64,000 nucleotides of DNA from an uncultured Microthrixaceae bacterium (GCA_942490665.1 CALNXV010000001.1:3661-67660), one strand, 5' to 3'. Counted from the stretch's first letter, positions 1 to 11,028 are shown. Translations and numbers: made by a program. Notes: generated from the sequence alone by a model not told the origin.

Positions 1-284
1 GCGGTCCCCACCGTAGAATGGAGATCGGGATGAGACCAACACACCAACCTGTCGGCACCTGACTGTTGAGAACGCGAATGTGTCGAAGCACTTCGCGAAC
101 CCGGCCTTCCTGGACGTGTTACGGAACGACTCGTCAACGGCTGACCGTCCTCGATCTCCTTCAATAAACTCCTATCGCGGGTTTGTGCAGGAGGAACACT
201 TGCGCCTCTTGTGACTGTGGGTGGGACTCTGCAGCCAAGTGACAACTGAACAGATCATCGGATTCTGCCATCGCCATCCTGATC

Positions 285-875
285 ATGTGGATCGGGGTAG
301 CGGGTTGCCCTGATCCCTGTGCTGCCGGGCACGCCCATCCTGCTGGCAGCCTCAGTGGCGCATCGGCTCTACTTCGGGGATACCGGCCCAAGCACCTTCG
401 TGCTGATTGTGCCGACCTTGCTCACGATGGTCTCGCTGATCTTCGATCAACTGGCCAGCATGGTGGGGGCGAAGAAGCTGGGCGCGACCTGATGAAAGGG
501 GTGACCGGTGCCGTCATTGGAGGATTGGTCGGACTGTTCTTCAACCTGCCCGGAATCATTCTCGGCCCGTTCATCGGTGCCACACTGTTCGAGTTATTCG
601 GAGATCGCGAGTTTCGTGACGCACTCAAGGCCGGCATCGGGGCCACGCTGGGCTTGCTGCTGGGTGTCGTCGGCAAGGTGGCCGTCAGCATGGTCATGAT
701 GCTGATGTTCAGTTGGAGCGTGGTGTCCAATTCGTTGGAAGCCAACAAGGCTGCACCGGAAGCTCCCGAGGCTCCGGCCGAAGAGCAGATATCCGCGCCG
801 ACCAATTCGGTCGTTTGGGTAGGTGACGACCACTCCCGTCTCCAGATCTATCATTCGGACAACGTGACAGCCTAG
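285..875 (+). pseudogene. DUF456-family small membrane protein, frame broken near 305 and 490
   Basis: The pieces MWIGVAG / ALIPVLPGTPILLAAS...MVGAKKLGAT(stop) / KGVTGAVIGGLVGLFFNLPGIILGPFIGATLFELFGD fit the DUF456 pattern but lie in different frames. Confidence 0.55.
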
Positions 876-1174
876 GCTCCCCATCAACCATTGGACCGCT
901 GCCACGTCCCCGAGCCTGCGACCCACCCGCACATTCGACAATAGCCTCCAAGTCCGACTGATGATCCTGTCGAATTGGAGCGTGCTACTGCCGCCTTCTG
1001 AGGTCCGTGGTCCCAAGGGTTGGGTGCCCCCCACTTCTGCCCCATATTCCGACCACTTCTGCCACACGCTTCGTCCCCTTCAATTCCACTTTGACTCCGC
1101 ACGCCATGGCGGATTATTCTTGTGCTCCTCATTTCCGAGGAGTTGTCCCTGACTTTGTGACAGAAAATTGAACC

Positions 1175-2430
1175 ATGGCTAAACTGACTGTTCGAGATCT
1201 GGATGTGAACGGCAAACGCGTGTTTGTGCGGGTGGATTACAATGTGCCCCTGGAGGAGAAGGACGGCCAGATGGTCGTCACCGACGCCACCCGCATCGAC
1301 GCCACCCTGCCCACGCTGCGAGCTGCTGATTGAACGCGGCGCCAAAATCATCCTCGCCGCCCACTGCGGACGCCCCAAGGGTCAACGGGTACCCTCCATG
1401 TCCCTGCGCCCCGCCGCCGCGAAACTGGCGGACCTCATCGGCTGCACCGTGAATTTCGTGGACGATTGCATCGGCGACAAGGTCGCGAGCGTGGTGGGCG
1501 GAATGGTGCCCGGGAGCATCGTCCTGCTGGAAAATGTTCGCTACCACGCCGAAGAGGAGAAGAACGATCCCGGGTTCGCCGAGAAGATGGCCAGCGGTGG
1601 CCGATGTCTATGTGAACGACGCGTTCGGCTCGGCCCATCGGGCGCACGCCTCCACCGAAGGCGTCGCGCGAGTCGTGGCCAAGCGCGGCGGCCAGTGCGC
1701 CGCCGGTCTACTCATGGAACGCGAACTCCAGTTTCTCGGCGACGAACTGGAGAACCCCGCGACGCCCGTTCGTCGTGATCCTCGGGGGCGCCAAGGTGTC
1801 CGACAAACTCAAGGCGGTGGCGCACCTGCTGGAGAAGGCGGACGCCATCCTGATCGGCGGCGCCATGGCCTACACCTTCCGCCTCGCCCAAGGTCACAAG
1901 ACCGGCGCCTCCCTGGTGGAACCGGACAAGGTGGACACCGCCAATGCCGCGCTGGCCAAGGCAAAGCAACGCAACGTCAAGTTCCTGCTGCCCACCGACG
2001 ACATCATTGCCGATCCGGTCAAGACCGAGAAGCTCGACAAGAAAGGCAAGCCGATCATCGAATGGCGGAATGCCCGCACGAACTCCGCGGCCGATGTGCC
2101 GGAAGGCGCCGCAGGGCTCGACATTGGCCCTGCGACCGTGCAGGCCTACGCGGAGGCATTGTCCGGTGCCAAGACCATTCTCTGGAACGGCCCCATGGGA
2201 CTCTTCGAGAACGCGGTTCGCCGCCGGCACCAACGCGGTGGCCCAGGCGGTTGCGGACGCCACCAGCCAACGGCGCCAAGAGCATCATCGGTGGTGGCGA
2301 CAGTGTGAAGGCCCTGAAAAAATCCGGACTGGGCGACAAGGTCACCTTCATGAGCACCGGGGGCGGCGCGAGCCTGGAATTTCTGGAAGGCATCGAGCTG
2401 CCCGGCGTGGCGGCATTGAGCGAAACATAG
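1175..2430 (+). pseudogene. pgk: phosphoglycerate kinase, at least five frame changes
   Basis: [84 protein letters not shown] and [13 protein letters not shown] are all PGK signatures. They are spread over the frames of ORFs 1175/1224/1534/1775/1944/1534. The total length is not a multiple of 3. Confidence 0.9.
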
Positions 2431-2505
2431 CGGAAGAATGGGATCTGGAGGGATGAGCTCTGCAGCCGTCCCACCTTGCAACATGCCAAAAATCCAATCT
2501 TGAAC

Positions 2506-3410
<905 letters not shown>

Positions 3411-3444
3411 GCAGCGCTGAGGTTGCATCAAGCCTTTCTGCACT

Positions 3445-3474
3445 CCCCTGCCGCTTTGGCAGGGGTTCTTTTTA
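3445..3474 (+). terminator. rho-independent terminator after tpiA
   Basis: Stem CCCCTGCC / GGCAGGGG (3445-3452 and 3458-3465) with a 5-nt loop, followed by TTCTTTTTA. Confidence 0.7.
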
Positions 3475-3564
3475 TGCCCATGCTGGCTTTGTCGGCACGT
3501 TGCCCCGATCGGGAACCTGCTGGAGCGCGGCTGTGTGCAGAGCACCAGCCAAACACCTTGGAGG

Positions 3565-3631
3565 CACGTTAGCTAGCCGAAGACATCGGGGGGCGGGGGG
3601 GGGAATCCAGCGAGCCAGGCTAGCGAACGTG
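3565..3631. repeat. 13/14 inverted repeat (3565-3578 / 3618-3631) enclosing a G6-C-G9 tract (3588-3603)
   Basis: CACGTTAGCTAGCC versus the reverse complement of GGCTAGCGAACGTG differs at one position. The loop contains GGGGGGCGGGGGGGGG. Confidence 0.7.
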
Positions 3632-3861
3632 CTGCAACTGGTTATCAACACAGCCGCGCTCCAGGTCAATACGCGGATCCGCCGCTTTGCCACGGGGCAG
3701 TGCAGAAGGCTTGTGCTCAGACTGCGATCCATTAGGATATCTGCGCTGAGCCCAGATTCCTTTCCGCCAGAAAAGCGTTCCAGGCACAGCCTCTGGAAGG
3801 GTCGCATGTCAGCCAGGAATTCAAAACCTTCAAAGCAACCTCAGGCAGATGGGGGCGTGCG

Positions 3862-4305
3862 GTGGCGGGACCGGCGCGGCGGCGCCACGCCTTTTCCCTG
3901 ATTGAACTCCTGATCGCCGTAGCGCTGGTGGTTATCATGTATGTGCTCTATTTGAGCGCCGGGTCCAAAAACTTCCAAACCAAGCAGAAGCAGGCCTGTC
4001 CGGAAAATCTCCAGAACACCTACATGGCGTTGAAGACCTATTCGGTTGAGAACACTGAGCAGTTCCCACTCGCCACCGAAGCTGCCACTTCCGAGGATGC
4101 ACTCGGTTTTACTCCTGCCCCGCTATACCACGGTGACTGAGTCCTTCATCTGCCCGGGCACAGACGACAAGACGCCTCCCCAGGCCAGGCCGTTCGGAAA
4201 AGCGAAGATCAGCTACGCCTATTACATGGGCCGAAACGCCGCCCAACCCGCCCAGTGGCCCTTGATGTCCGATGAACAGGTCAATGCGGACGCCAAGAAC
4301 GCTGG
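3862..4305 (+). pseudogene. prepilin-type N-terminal cleavage/methylation domain protein (pseudopilin-like), frameshifted near 4105 and 3'-truncated
   Basis: The N-terminus has ...HAFSLIELLIAVALVVIMYVL, the class III signal/methylation motif. It continues in another frame as ...FICPGTDDK...ISYAYYMGRN...WPLMSDEQ and ends abruptly at the argS fragment. Confidence 0.7.
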
Positions 4306-4315
4306 ACGAATCGAT
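4295..4315. other. internal joint: truncated pseudopilin gene fused to the 3' third of argS
   Basis: The pseudopilin reading (...NADAKNAG) and the ArgRS reading (LDESIAKAY...) change over within about 10 nt. No stop codon or intergenic spacer separates them. Confidence 0.6.
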
Positions 4316-4876
4316 CGCCAAGGCTTATACGATCGTCAGTGAAAACGACGACGCCAAGCCCAACGGCGAGGAACTCGATGAATCGGAACGTCGCCGCATC
4401 GCAGAGATCGTCGGACTGGGCGGCATCAAATTCGCCGACCTGCACCACAATCGCGACAGCGACTACGTCTTCAACTGGGACAAAATGCTCGCCACCACCG
4501 GCGACACGGCGACGTATATGCAATACGCCTATGCCCGTGTGTGCGGCATCCTTCGCCGTGCTGAGGTCGATCGGGAGTCGCTGCGAAAATCCGGTGCGAC
4601 CATACAGCTATCCCACAATGCGGAACGGCAACTTGTGTTAGCCTTTATTACGATTCCCCGAAGCGGCGCTCGCGGCGGCGGCGGAATATCAGCAGAACCT
4701 ACGGATTATCTGTTCAAAGCCGCCGGCGTGTTCAGCGGTTTTACGACGATGTCTGTCATAGAGCGGAAACGGACGACTTGCGCGGCACCAGCCGTTTATT
4801 GCTGTGCGACCTGACCGCCAGCGTGATCGCGCAGGGCCTTGAGTTGCTCGGGATTCACACCAGCGAACGGATGTAA
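4306..4876 (+). pseudogene. argS: arginyl-tRNA synthetase, C-terminal anticodon-binding part only, with further frameshifts
   Basis: GGIKFADLHHNRDSDYVFNWDKMLATTGDTATYMQYAYARVCGILRRA and the terminal SRLLLCDLTASVIAQGLELLGIHTSERM(stop) match the ArgRS C-terminus. Roughly the N-terminal two thirds of a full-length ArgRS (my length estimate) are absent. Confidence 0.8.
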
Positions 4877-5052
4877 TCGACACGACTTGCTCTCCGTGAT
4901 GGTTGTCCACGCTGCGCGGATTCTCTGAAAAATGTGAATCCTCGGGAATTATTTCTTGCTGCAGCGCATCTCTAATAGATAGCGAATGCCGGTCTCGCTC
5001 AATGCTTGCACCGCGACGCTAACTTCTATCGAACACGGTCACCTCACGATTC

Positions 5053-5775
5053 TTGAGGAGGGGATGCGATAAGCTGTTCTGGTCCTGCTGGGGCACGATG
5101 TGTATGGTTGGTTGCTACGAGTCGGATCGACCGATGGACGCAGAGAGAAAGGCGGCATCCTATGATGTCCAGTCCATGACACAAAGCTGTGCTCTCAGCG
5201 ACACAGATTTTAGCGGCGAAGCCTACGACCAGATTGTTGAAAACCGCTTCCTCAACACCGCGGTCAATCCCCTTTCGACGTTTTCAATCGACGTCGACAC
5301 CGCTTCGTACTCCAACGTTCGTCGCTTCTTGAAACAAGGACAGTTGCCACCGGCTGGGGCGGTGCGGATTGAGGAAATGCTCAATTATTTCCCGTACGAA
5401 TACCCTCCTCCCAGCGGCGACGAACCGTTTTCTGCCAGTATCGAAATGGCGGGTTGCCCCTGGAATCCGCACACACCTTGGCACGCATTGCTTTAAAGGG
5501 GCGTGAAATTCACGGCGCACCGCCCCGGTCAGCAATCTGGTGTTCTTGTTGGACGTCTCCGGATCGATGGCCGAACCCAATAAACTTCCGCTCGTCAAAT
5601 CGGCGATCCAAATGCTCGTCGACAATTTCGGAGAGAACGACCGCGTGGCGATCGTGGTCATGCCGGCGCATCCCGGACGGTGCTGCCCTCACCACTGGCG
5701 ATCAACGCGACGTGATTCACGATGCCCTGGAGCGGTTGAATGCCGGTGGCGGGACCGGCGGCGGCGCTGGTGTTG
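5053..5775 (+). pseudogene. von Willebrand factor type A domain lipoprotein (YfbK-like N-terminal domain plus vWA), frameshifted and 3'-truncated
   Basis: NPLSTFSIDVDTASYSNVRRFLKQGQLPPAGAVRIEEMLNYFPYEY (vWA N-terminal domain), [22 protein letters not shown] (MIDAS) and [16 protein letters not shown] lie in alternating frames. The domain is cut at ~5775. Confidence 0.75.
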
Positions 5776-5795
5776 TCCACGAGCTCGTCGCAGGC
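5760..5795. other. composition and gene-content breakpoint (chimeric joint)
   Basis: The + strand vWA and the - strand cpaF are both truncated within about 10 nt of each other. G+C and taxonomic flavour change here. Confidence 0.8.
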
Positions 5796-6348
5796 CGAGG
5801 TGATGGCCTCACCGGTGAACTTGCGGATGTTGAGCATCAGGTGCCCGCCCCGGCTGCAGGTCGCCGTGCACGATGTGGATCCGGGCGCCGTCCTCGAGCT
5901 GGGCGTCCTGGAGCCCCTCGGTGGCGTCGAGCTTGCGATGCGACGTCGACGAGTCCTCGAGCAGCTTCGACAGCGTGCGGGCCACGTGCTCGTCGTCGTG
6001 GAACACCTCGTGGTGGAACCTACTCCCGCCGGAGTGACGCCGGACGAAGATCTCGTCCGGCGCGTTGACCATCACCTCCCAGACGTCGTCGTCGGTGAGC
6101 AGCTCGGTGAGCGGCCCGTACCCGGCGAGGTTCCGCAGGGCCCGCTCCGCGAGGCCCGTGGGGTCCGGGAGGGTGAAGGGCCGCCGGCCCCGTCGGTGGT
6201 CGTCGCTCCACTCGGCGATGACCTCGTGGATCAGTTGTCGCAGTCGCTGCGCGCCCTGCGGCGTGTCGACGTCGAGCTGCCCGGCGGCGGCCCGGGCCTG
6301 CACCGTGCGTTCGACCTCCGCCAGCGGCGTCGGCGCCCCGGGAGTCAT
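5776..6348 (-). pseudogene. cpaF: CpaF/TadA-type pilus assembly ATPase, N-terminal part only (no Walker A), one internal frameshift near 5850
   Basis: MTPGAPTPLAEVER...GYGPLTELLTDDDVWEVMVNAPDEIFVRRHSGG...LDATEGLQDAQLEDGARIHIVHGDL, then GGHLMLNIRKFTGE in another frame. This is the T2SSE N-terminal pattern. The ATG is at 6346-6348. Confidence 0.75.
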
Positions 6349-7684
6349 GCGACCTCCGGGGGGCGGACCGGGTCCGTGCCCAGCTCGCCGGGGACGAGCC
6401 GCGCGCCGGCGGCCCGGTGGGGCCGACCGGGAAGGTCGAGGTCGGCGAGCTCCGCGAGCAGCGCGGGCAGCGAGCGGGCCAACGGCCGACTCCACCGCTG
6501 TGGCAGCGGCTCTGCGCTGCGGAGGCGATCGGCGACGCTGTCGATTGTGGGCGAGGAACAGCGGTCGCCGCGGAGCCGTGCTCGACGGGCTCGGTCGAGT
6601 CGAGCGAGTGTGCGGGTGTGCAGCGCCCGTTGACCGGGTGTGGGTGGGGCGTGGTTGACCACCGGTTGGACCCGGCGCGGATCGAGTCCGGCGTCGTCGA
6701 GCTCCTCGAGCAGACGCACGTGGCGATGCAGGCCCCACATGCCGGGTCGTCCGACCGCCACCACCAGATCCGCGAGCGCTGTCGCTCGGCGCGCCAGACC
6801 GTGGAGCTCCTCGACGTCGATGGAGCCGGTCTCGTCCTCGCCATCGAGGTCGGGATCGTGCTCGATGACCACGACGTCGTAGCTCCGGCGCAGCGCGTCG
6901 ATCGCCGGCGGCGAGCGGTGCAGAGCCGCATCACTGCGAGTCTCGGGGTCGGCGCACTCCGAGCAGCAGGTCGTAGCCACGCTCCCGCTGGCTGAACAGC
7001 ACCGACGGACCTCGTCGGGATCGAGTTCGTCGTGGCGGTGCGCATCCACCAGCTCGGGCAGGCCGGGGCACGTCGCCCACGTCGTGGTACATCGCCGCGG
7101 CGGCCCGGCGCGTGCCCTGTCGACCAGTGCGACCGCATCGACGCACCCGCAGCGATGGCGAGCGCGGGCCCTGGGCAGCTGCGCCAGGGTCTGAGCGATC
7201 GCCATCGCCACCGTCGAGGTCCCGGCCCCGGCGGCGCCGGCGCCACGGTGACCAGCCGGGCGTCACTGGGGGTGCGGCCTGCAGGGTCGACTGCACCGCG
7301 CCCTGCTGTTCGCGACGATCGGTCGACGGTGCGGCGTGTCGCGTCAGCGCCTCCATCAACTCACCGCGCTCGAAGTGCTCGTCGAGGACCGCAGCGGCGC
7401 CGAGGGACTCCCAGTCGCGACGGGTCCGGCCGTCGTCGACCACGAACACTGCTGCGGCCGATGACGACGCCAGCGCGAACAGCTCCCGGTCCACCCCGCC
7501 CAACCCGGCGTCGACGAGCAGCGCCGAGATCCGTCGTCCGGAGCCGAACAGGGCCCGCACCTCGTCGGGGTCGAGGCACTTCAGGTAGTCGATCGGGGCC
7601 ACGGCTGCGGTGGACCAGCGGGCAGCTCGCGAACCAGCCCTGTCGGGAGCGGGCCAGGCCGATGAGGACGAAGCGGTCGTTCAT
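6345..7684 (-). pseudogene. CpaE/TadZ-like ParA-family ATPase with receiver-like N-terminus, several frame changes
   Basis: MNDRFVLIGLA (its ATG overlaps the cpaB stop), APIDYLKCLDPDEVRALFGSGRRISALLVDAG, the P-loop-like GAGAAGAGTSTVAMAIAQ, and YDVVVIEHDP. It sits between cpaB and cpaF. Confidence 0.55.
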
Positions 7685-8395
7685 CGGTCCGGCTCCTCGT
7701 CGACCGGTGCCGGCAGAGCGAGCGTGACCTCGGCGCGGACCGAGGCATCGACCACCGCTGCCGCCACCTCGCCATCGCGGAGCGAGAGGCGAACCGTCAC
7801 CGTCGACGCTGAACCGATGCCGCCCGGCTCGGTCGTCACCCTGGTCGACGACGGTCGCAGCGGCGACCCGGTCGGTTCCTGCCGCTGCCGGATCGGTGGC
7901 CAGCACCTCGACGCGGTCTCCCCGCTCGAGCGCACCCAGCATCGCTCGCGACGACGGGAGATCGAGCGCCACCTCGACCGCGTCGGGATCGGCGAACCGC
8001 CCGGGCTCGTGGAGATCGCTCGGTCGGAGCAGGTCGAGCTCGTCGAGACCGGTCGCCGCGACGCGGCCGAGGATGTTCGCGGCCTCGGTCTCCTGCACGG
8101 CGGCGAGCTCGCCGGGCAGGTCGAGCGCGACCGAACCGAGGTGGTCGGCGGACACCGTGGTACCGGCCGCGACATCGGCGGTGAGGACCAGGTAGCGGGT
8201 GCTGGGCGGCGTGCTCGCCGCACGATGGGCGCTCAGCCCGCCGGCAGCGGCAGAAAGCACTAAGCGGGCCGCCGACCACGGCCCGCCCCGAGGGCAGCCC
8301 AAGCGGAACCACCAGCGGGAACCGTCGGGCCGCGGCGACCGCCGAACGGGTCGCTCCCGGCGGTCATCGCGTTCGCTGTTCCCGGCTCTGCTCAC
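7681..8395 (-). pseudogene. cpaB: CpaB/RcpC-like Flp pilus assembly protein (SAF domain), frameshift near 7830; start uncertain
   Basis: RYLVLTADVAAGTTVSADHLGSVALDLPGEL...LDLLRPSDL...DRVEVLATD, then TVTVRLSLRDGEVAAAVVDASVRAEVTLALP in a second frame. Confidence 0.5.
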
Positions 8396-8505
8396 ATACG
8401 ACCCTCCCCCAGGTCCCGGCAGAGAAGGTATGAAACAGCATGAAAGCAATCCAAGAGGGATGTGAACAACTCCAGCATCACCGAAGGTCGTGTAGGTCAC
8501 CCGAC

Positions 8506-8787
8506 ATGTCGTGGGGCCTCGCTAGGCTCGAAGCCGTGAGCACTGCCGACATCGAGTGGCTGAACACCAACGAGACGGCCAAGCGTCTCGGGATCACCCC
8601 GCGCACCCTCTACCGCTTCATCGATGACGGAAAGATCCCCGCCTACCGCTTCGGCCGGGTGATCCGACTGAAGGAGAGCGAGGTCGCCGAGTTCATCGAG
8701 CAGAGCCGCATCGTTCCGGGCACGCTGGAACCGGCATCGCTCGACGCTGGCGAGGTCGCTCGACGCCGGGACGCACCGCAGGTCTGA
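8506..8787 (+). CDS. excisionase/MerR-like helix-turn-helix DNA-binding protein
   Basis: NETAKRLGITPRTLYRFIDDGKIPAYRFGRVIRLKESEVAEFIEQ matches the HTH_17 pattern. An alternative GTG start lies at 8536. Confidence 0.7.
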   Translation: MSWGLARLEAVSTADIEWLNTNETAKRLGITPRTLYRFIDDGKIPAYRFGRVIRLKESEVAEFIEQSRIVPGTLEPASLDAGEVARRRDAPQV

Positions 8788-8801
8788 GGACCGGGCCGGG
8801 C

Positions 8802-9319
8802 TCAGCGCCCGGGTCGGCTCTCGCCGGACCCGGAGCCGGCCGTCAGCCCGAGCATGCGGTCCAGACGGATCACCGCGGTCCGGGCGGGTCGGTGCGATCT
8901 CGAGCACCAGCGAGGCGCCGCAGGCCAGCACCTCGCCGTGCAGCACCTCTCCGACCAGCATCGCCGTCGACGCGGTCGTGGTGTCGATCAGATCGCACAG
9001 CACCTCCGTCGAGGCGACGTCGCCGACCGGTCCGCAGGGTCGCCCACGGAGCTGCCCGGTCGATTCGACCGCGGTCGAGCGCGGTCGAGCGACAGCCACC
9101 AGATCGGCAGAGCCCGAGCGCAGGTCGACCACGTCGTCGCCGACGGCGAACACCGGCCCACCAGTCCGGCGCCGCTCCGGCCAGGTGCACGGTGACCTGT
9201 TGATCCACCGCTCCCAGCAGCGCCGACACCGGATCGTGACCGACCGCTCGGTGGCCGCTCGATCGCCGGCGCTGCGCGGCGGCCTCGTCGCGTCGCCTCG
9301 GCGGTGAAGTGATCGGCAT
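8802..9319 (-). pseudogene. hypothetical protein, frame broken at least twice (weak PilZ-like hints)
   Basis: The only protein-like readings are on the - strand and sit in three frames: MPITSPPRRRDEAAAQRRR...VSALLGAVDQQVTVHLAG / PVFAVGDDVVDLRSGSADLVAV...GEVLHGEVLACGASLVLEIAP / TAVIRLDRMLGLTAGSGSGESRPGR(stop at 8802). Confidence 0.3.
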
Positions 9320-9454
9320 CGTCGACCGGATCTCCGCAACGAGCCCTCATCCATGACGTCTCCCCGGTTCGCCGGGGTCGGGACCGCCGCGCCGTCGGAG
9401 AAGTCGAACTCGCCGCCGGCGCGGCGCGGGTTCACCACTACACTGTGCTGCGAA

Positions 9455-10512
9455 ATGGAACGACTCGACACCCCCGGCGCCACCGAGGGCCCCGGGGGCG
9501 GCATCGGCACCGCGACTGACGACCCCGCCCGGACCCTCGTGCGAGTCCCGGGGAACCACCTGATGACCGACCTGCTCGGTCCGCGCGACGAGTTCCTCGA
9601 CCTGATCGAGGACGCCTTCCCGCGCACGGTCGTCACGGTGCGCGGCAACGAGGTCTCGGTGGTCGGGTCCCGACTCGGCCATGGTCGGGCACCCTGTTCG
9701 GCGAGCTGGTCCTGCTGCTCGAGGCCGGCCACCGTCTCGAGACGGCCTCGGTGCGCCGCACGATCGACATGATCCGAGCCGACGAGCGACCGTCCGAGGT
9801 GCTGACTGCGGAGCTGCTGCGCACCCACCGCGGCGGCTACGTGCGCCCCAAGACCTCGGGTCAGAAGCGCTACGTCGACGCGATCGCCGCGAACACCATC
9901 ACCTTCGGCATCGGGCCCGCCGGCACCGGCAAGTCCTGGCTCGCGGTCGCGATGGCCTGCCAGGCGCTGCAGGCGAAACAGGTCGAGCGGATCGTGCTGA
10001 CCCGTCCGGCGGTCGAGGCGGGGGAGCGGCTCGGGTTCCTGCCCGGTGACCTGATGGCCAAGGTCGACCCCTACCTGCGTCCGCTCTACGACGCGCTCCA
10101 CGACATGGTCGGAGCGGAGGGCGCCCAGAAGCTCCTGGAGCGCGGGGTGGTCGAGGTCGCGCCGCTCGCCTTCATGCGCGGCCGCACGCTCAACAACTCC
10201 TTCATCATCCTCGACGAGGCCCAGAACACCTCGCCGGAGCAGATGAAGATGTTCCTGACCCGCATCGGCTTCGGGTCCTAGGCCGTCGTCACCGGCGACG
10301 CCACCCAGGTCGACGTGCCCGGGGGACGCTCCGGTCTCGGCGGGATCGAGGAGATCCTGGGCGAGATCGACAGCGTCGCGTTCGTCCGGCTCACCGGGTC
10401 CGACGTCGTGCGCCACCGGATCGTGCAGGACATCGTCGACGCGTACGAGCGCAGCGATGCCGCCGACGGGCAGGCAGCGCGACCGCGTGACGGGCCCGGC
10501 CGCCGCTCGTGA
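9455..10512 (+). pseudogene. phoH: PhoH-like ATPase with a frameshift near 9670-9690 and an in-frame TAG at 10279-10281
   Basis: [18 protein letters not shown] (Walker A), [29 protein letters not shown], and then GFGS(TAG)AVVTGDATQVDVP. Confidence 0.85.
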
Positions 10513-11028
10513 CCGTGAGCGACCGCGAACCTCCGCCGGCGAGCACGTCGGGGCCGACGGTGCTGATCTCCGACGAACGTGCGGTCGATGCCTCGCCGGC
10601 GGACCTGGACGGGCTCGGCGAGCTGCTGTCCCGGGTGCTGGCCGACGAGGGAGCGCCCGGCGGGGCCGAGGCGTCGCTCGCCACTGGTCGACCGCGGCCA
10701 TCGCGGAGCTCTAGCCGTCGAGCACCTGGACGGCGACGGGTCGCCCACCGACGTGCTGAGCTTCCCCGTCGACGGCGTCGGCGCCGACGCCGAGCTGGTC
10801 GGCGACGTCGTGGTCTGCCCCGACGGTCGCCGCCGAGCAGGCTCCGGACGCACGCCGGGTCGCTCGACGACGAGCTGGCGCTGCTGGTGGTCCACGGCGG
10901 GCTGCACCTGGCCGGCTGGGACCACGACGGTCACGGCGACCCAGCCGCGATGTGGGCACGTGAGCGGGAGCTGCTCACCGAGCTGCACGGGCGCCGTCCG
11001 CGACCCGTGGAGCGCTGCGACACCATGA
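10509..11028 (+). pseudogene. ybeY: rRNA maturation endoribonuclease YbeY, several frame changes
   Basis: GSPTDVLSFPVDG, VVVCP, TVAAEQAPD and HAGSLDDELALLVVHGGLHLAGWDHD (the H-x-x-x-H-x-x-x-x-x-H metal site) lie in different frames. A stop is reachable only in the frame ending at TGA 11026-11028, which overlaps the next ATG. Confidence 0.8.

Noticed and set aside
8506-8787. Excisionase-type HTH gene as evidence of a prophage or integrative element
   Set aside because: No integrase, att repeat or phage genes are nearby, and such small HTH_17 proteins also occur as ordinary regulators.
8497-10701. 734-aa ORF on the - strand spanning the phoH/ybeY region
   Set aside because: It is antisense to recognisable phoH and ybeY motifs. 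Its composition is Arg/Pro/Gly-rich junk typical of the opposite strand of high-GC genes. Only its 8802-9319 part may overlap something real.
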